From assembly GCF_009914755.1 (NCBI RefSeq), contig NC_060934.1: 64,000 nucleotides of DNA. One strand, written 5' to 3'. Under the pieces are notes generated by a model that was given only the letters and a program-made list of their open reading frames with translations, did not search any database and was not told the origin of the DNA. This document shows positions 63,987 through 64,000 of the stretch, piece by piece (position 1 is the stretch's first letter; the number at the start of each line of letters is the position of its first letter). This DNA is from the human T2T-CHM13v2.0 reference genome, Homo sapiens. The position numbers and the translations under genes are program-made.

Positions 63987-64000
63987 GACAAATGAAATGG

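Overview
AT-rich, CpG-poor primate (probably human or ape) genomic DNA made largely of transposable-element relics. I can support no cellular protein-coding gene, RNA gene or CpG island; most ORFs I could place fall in repeats or low-complexity DNA. The main feature is a 6,361-bp two-LTR HERV-H provirus on the minus strand (18753-25113) with a GGGAT target-site duplication (TSD) and a tRNA-His primer binding site. Its pol is heavily deleted, including the integrase core, but its env is full-span and disabled only by point lesions. It sits 96 bp from a near-complete THE1 (MaLR) provirus, and both appear nested in the 5' UTR of an old, internally inverted L1. The most unusual signals read directly from the sequence are small templated rearrangements. 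The best is a ~47-nt young L1 tail joined to an inverted copy of its own target site, forming a perfect 29-bp hairpin (45855-46001). A 49-bp inverted templated insertion lies at 11691. Repeat subfamily names come from recalled consensus sequences, not an alignment, and old L1/L2/MIR boundaries are approximate. I see no convincing evidence of a new biological system.
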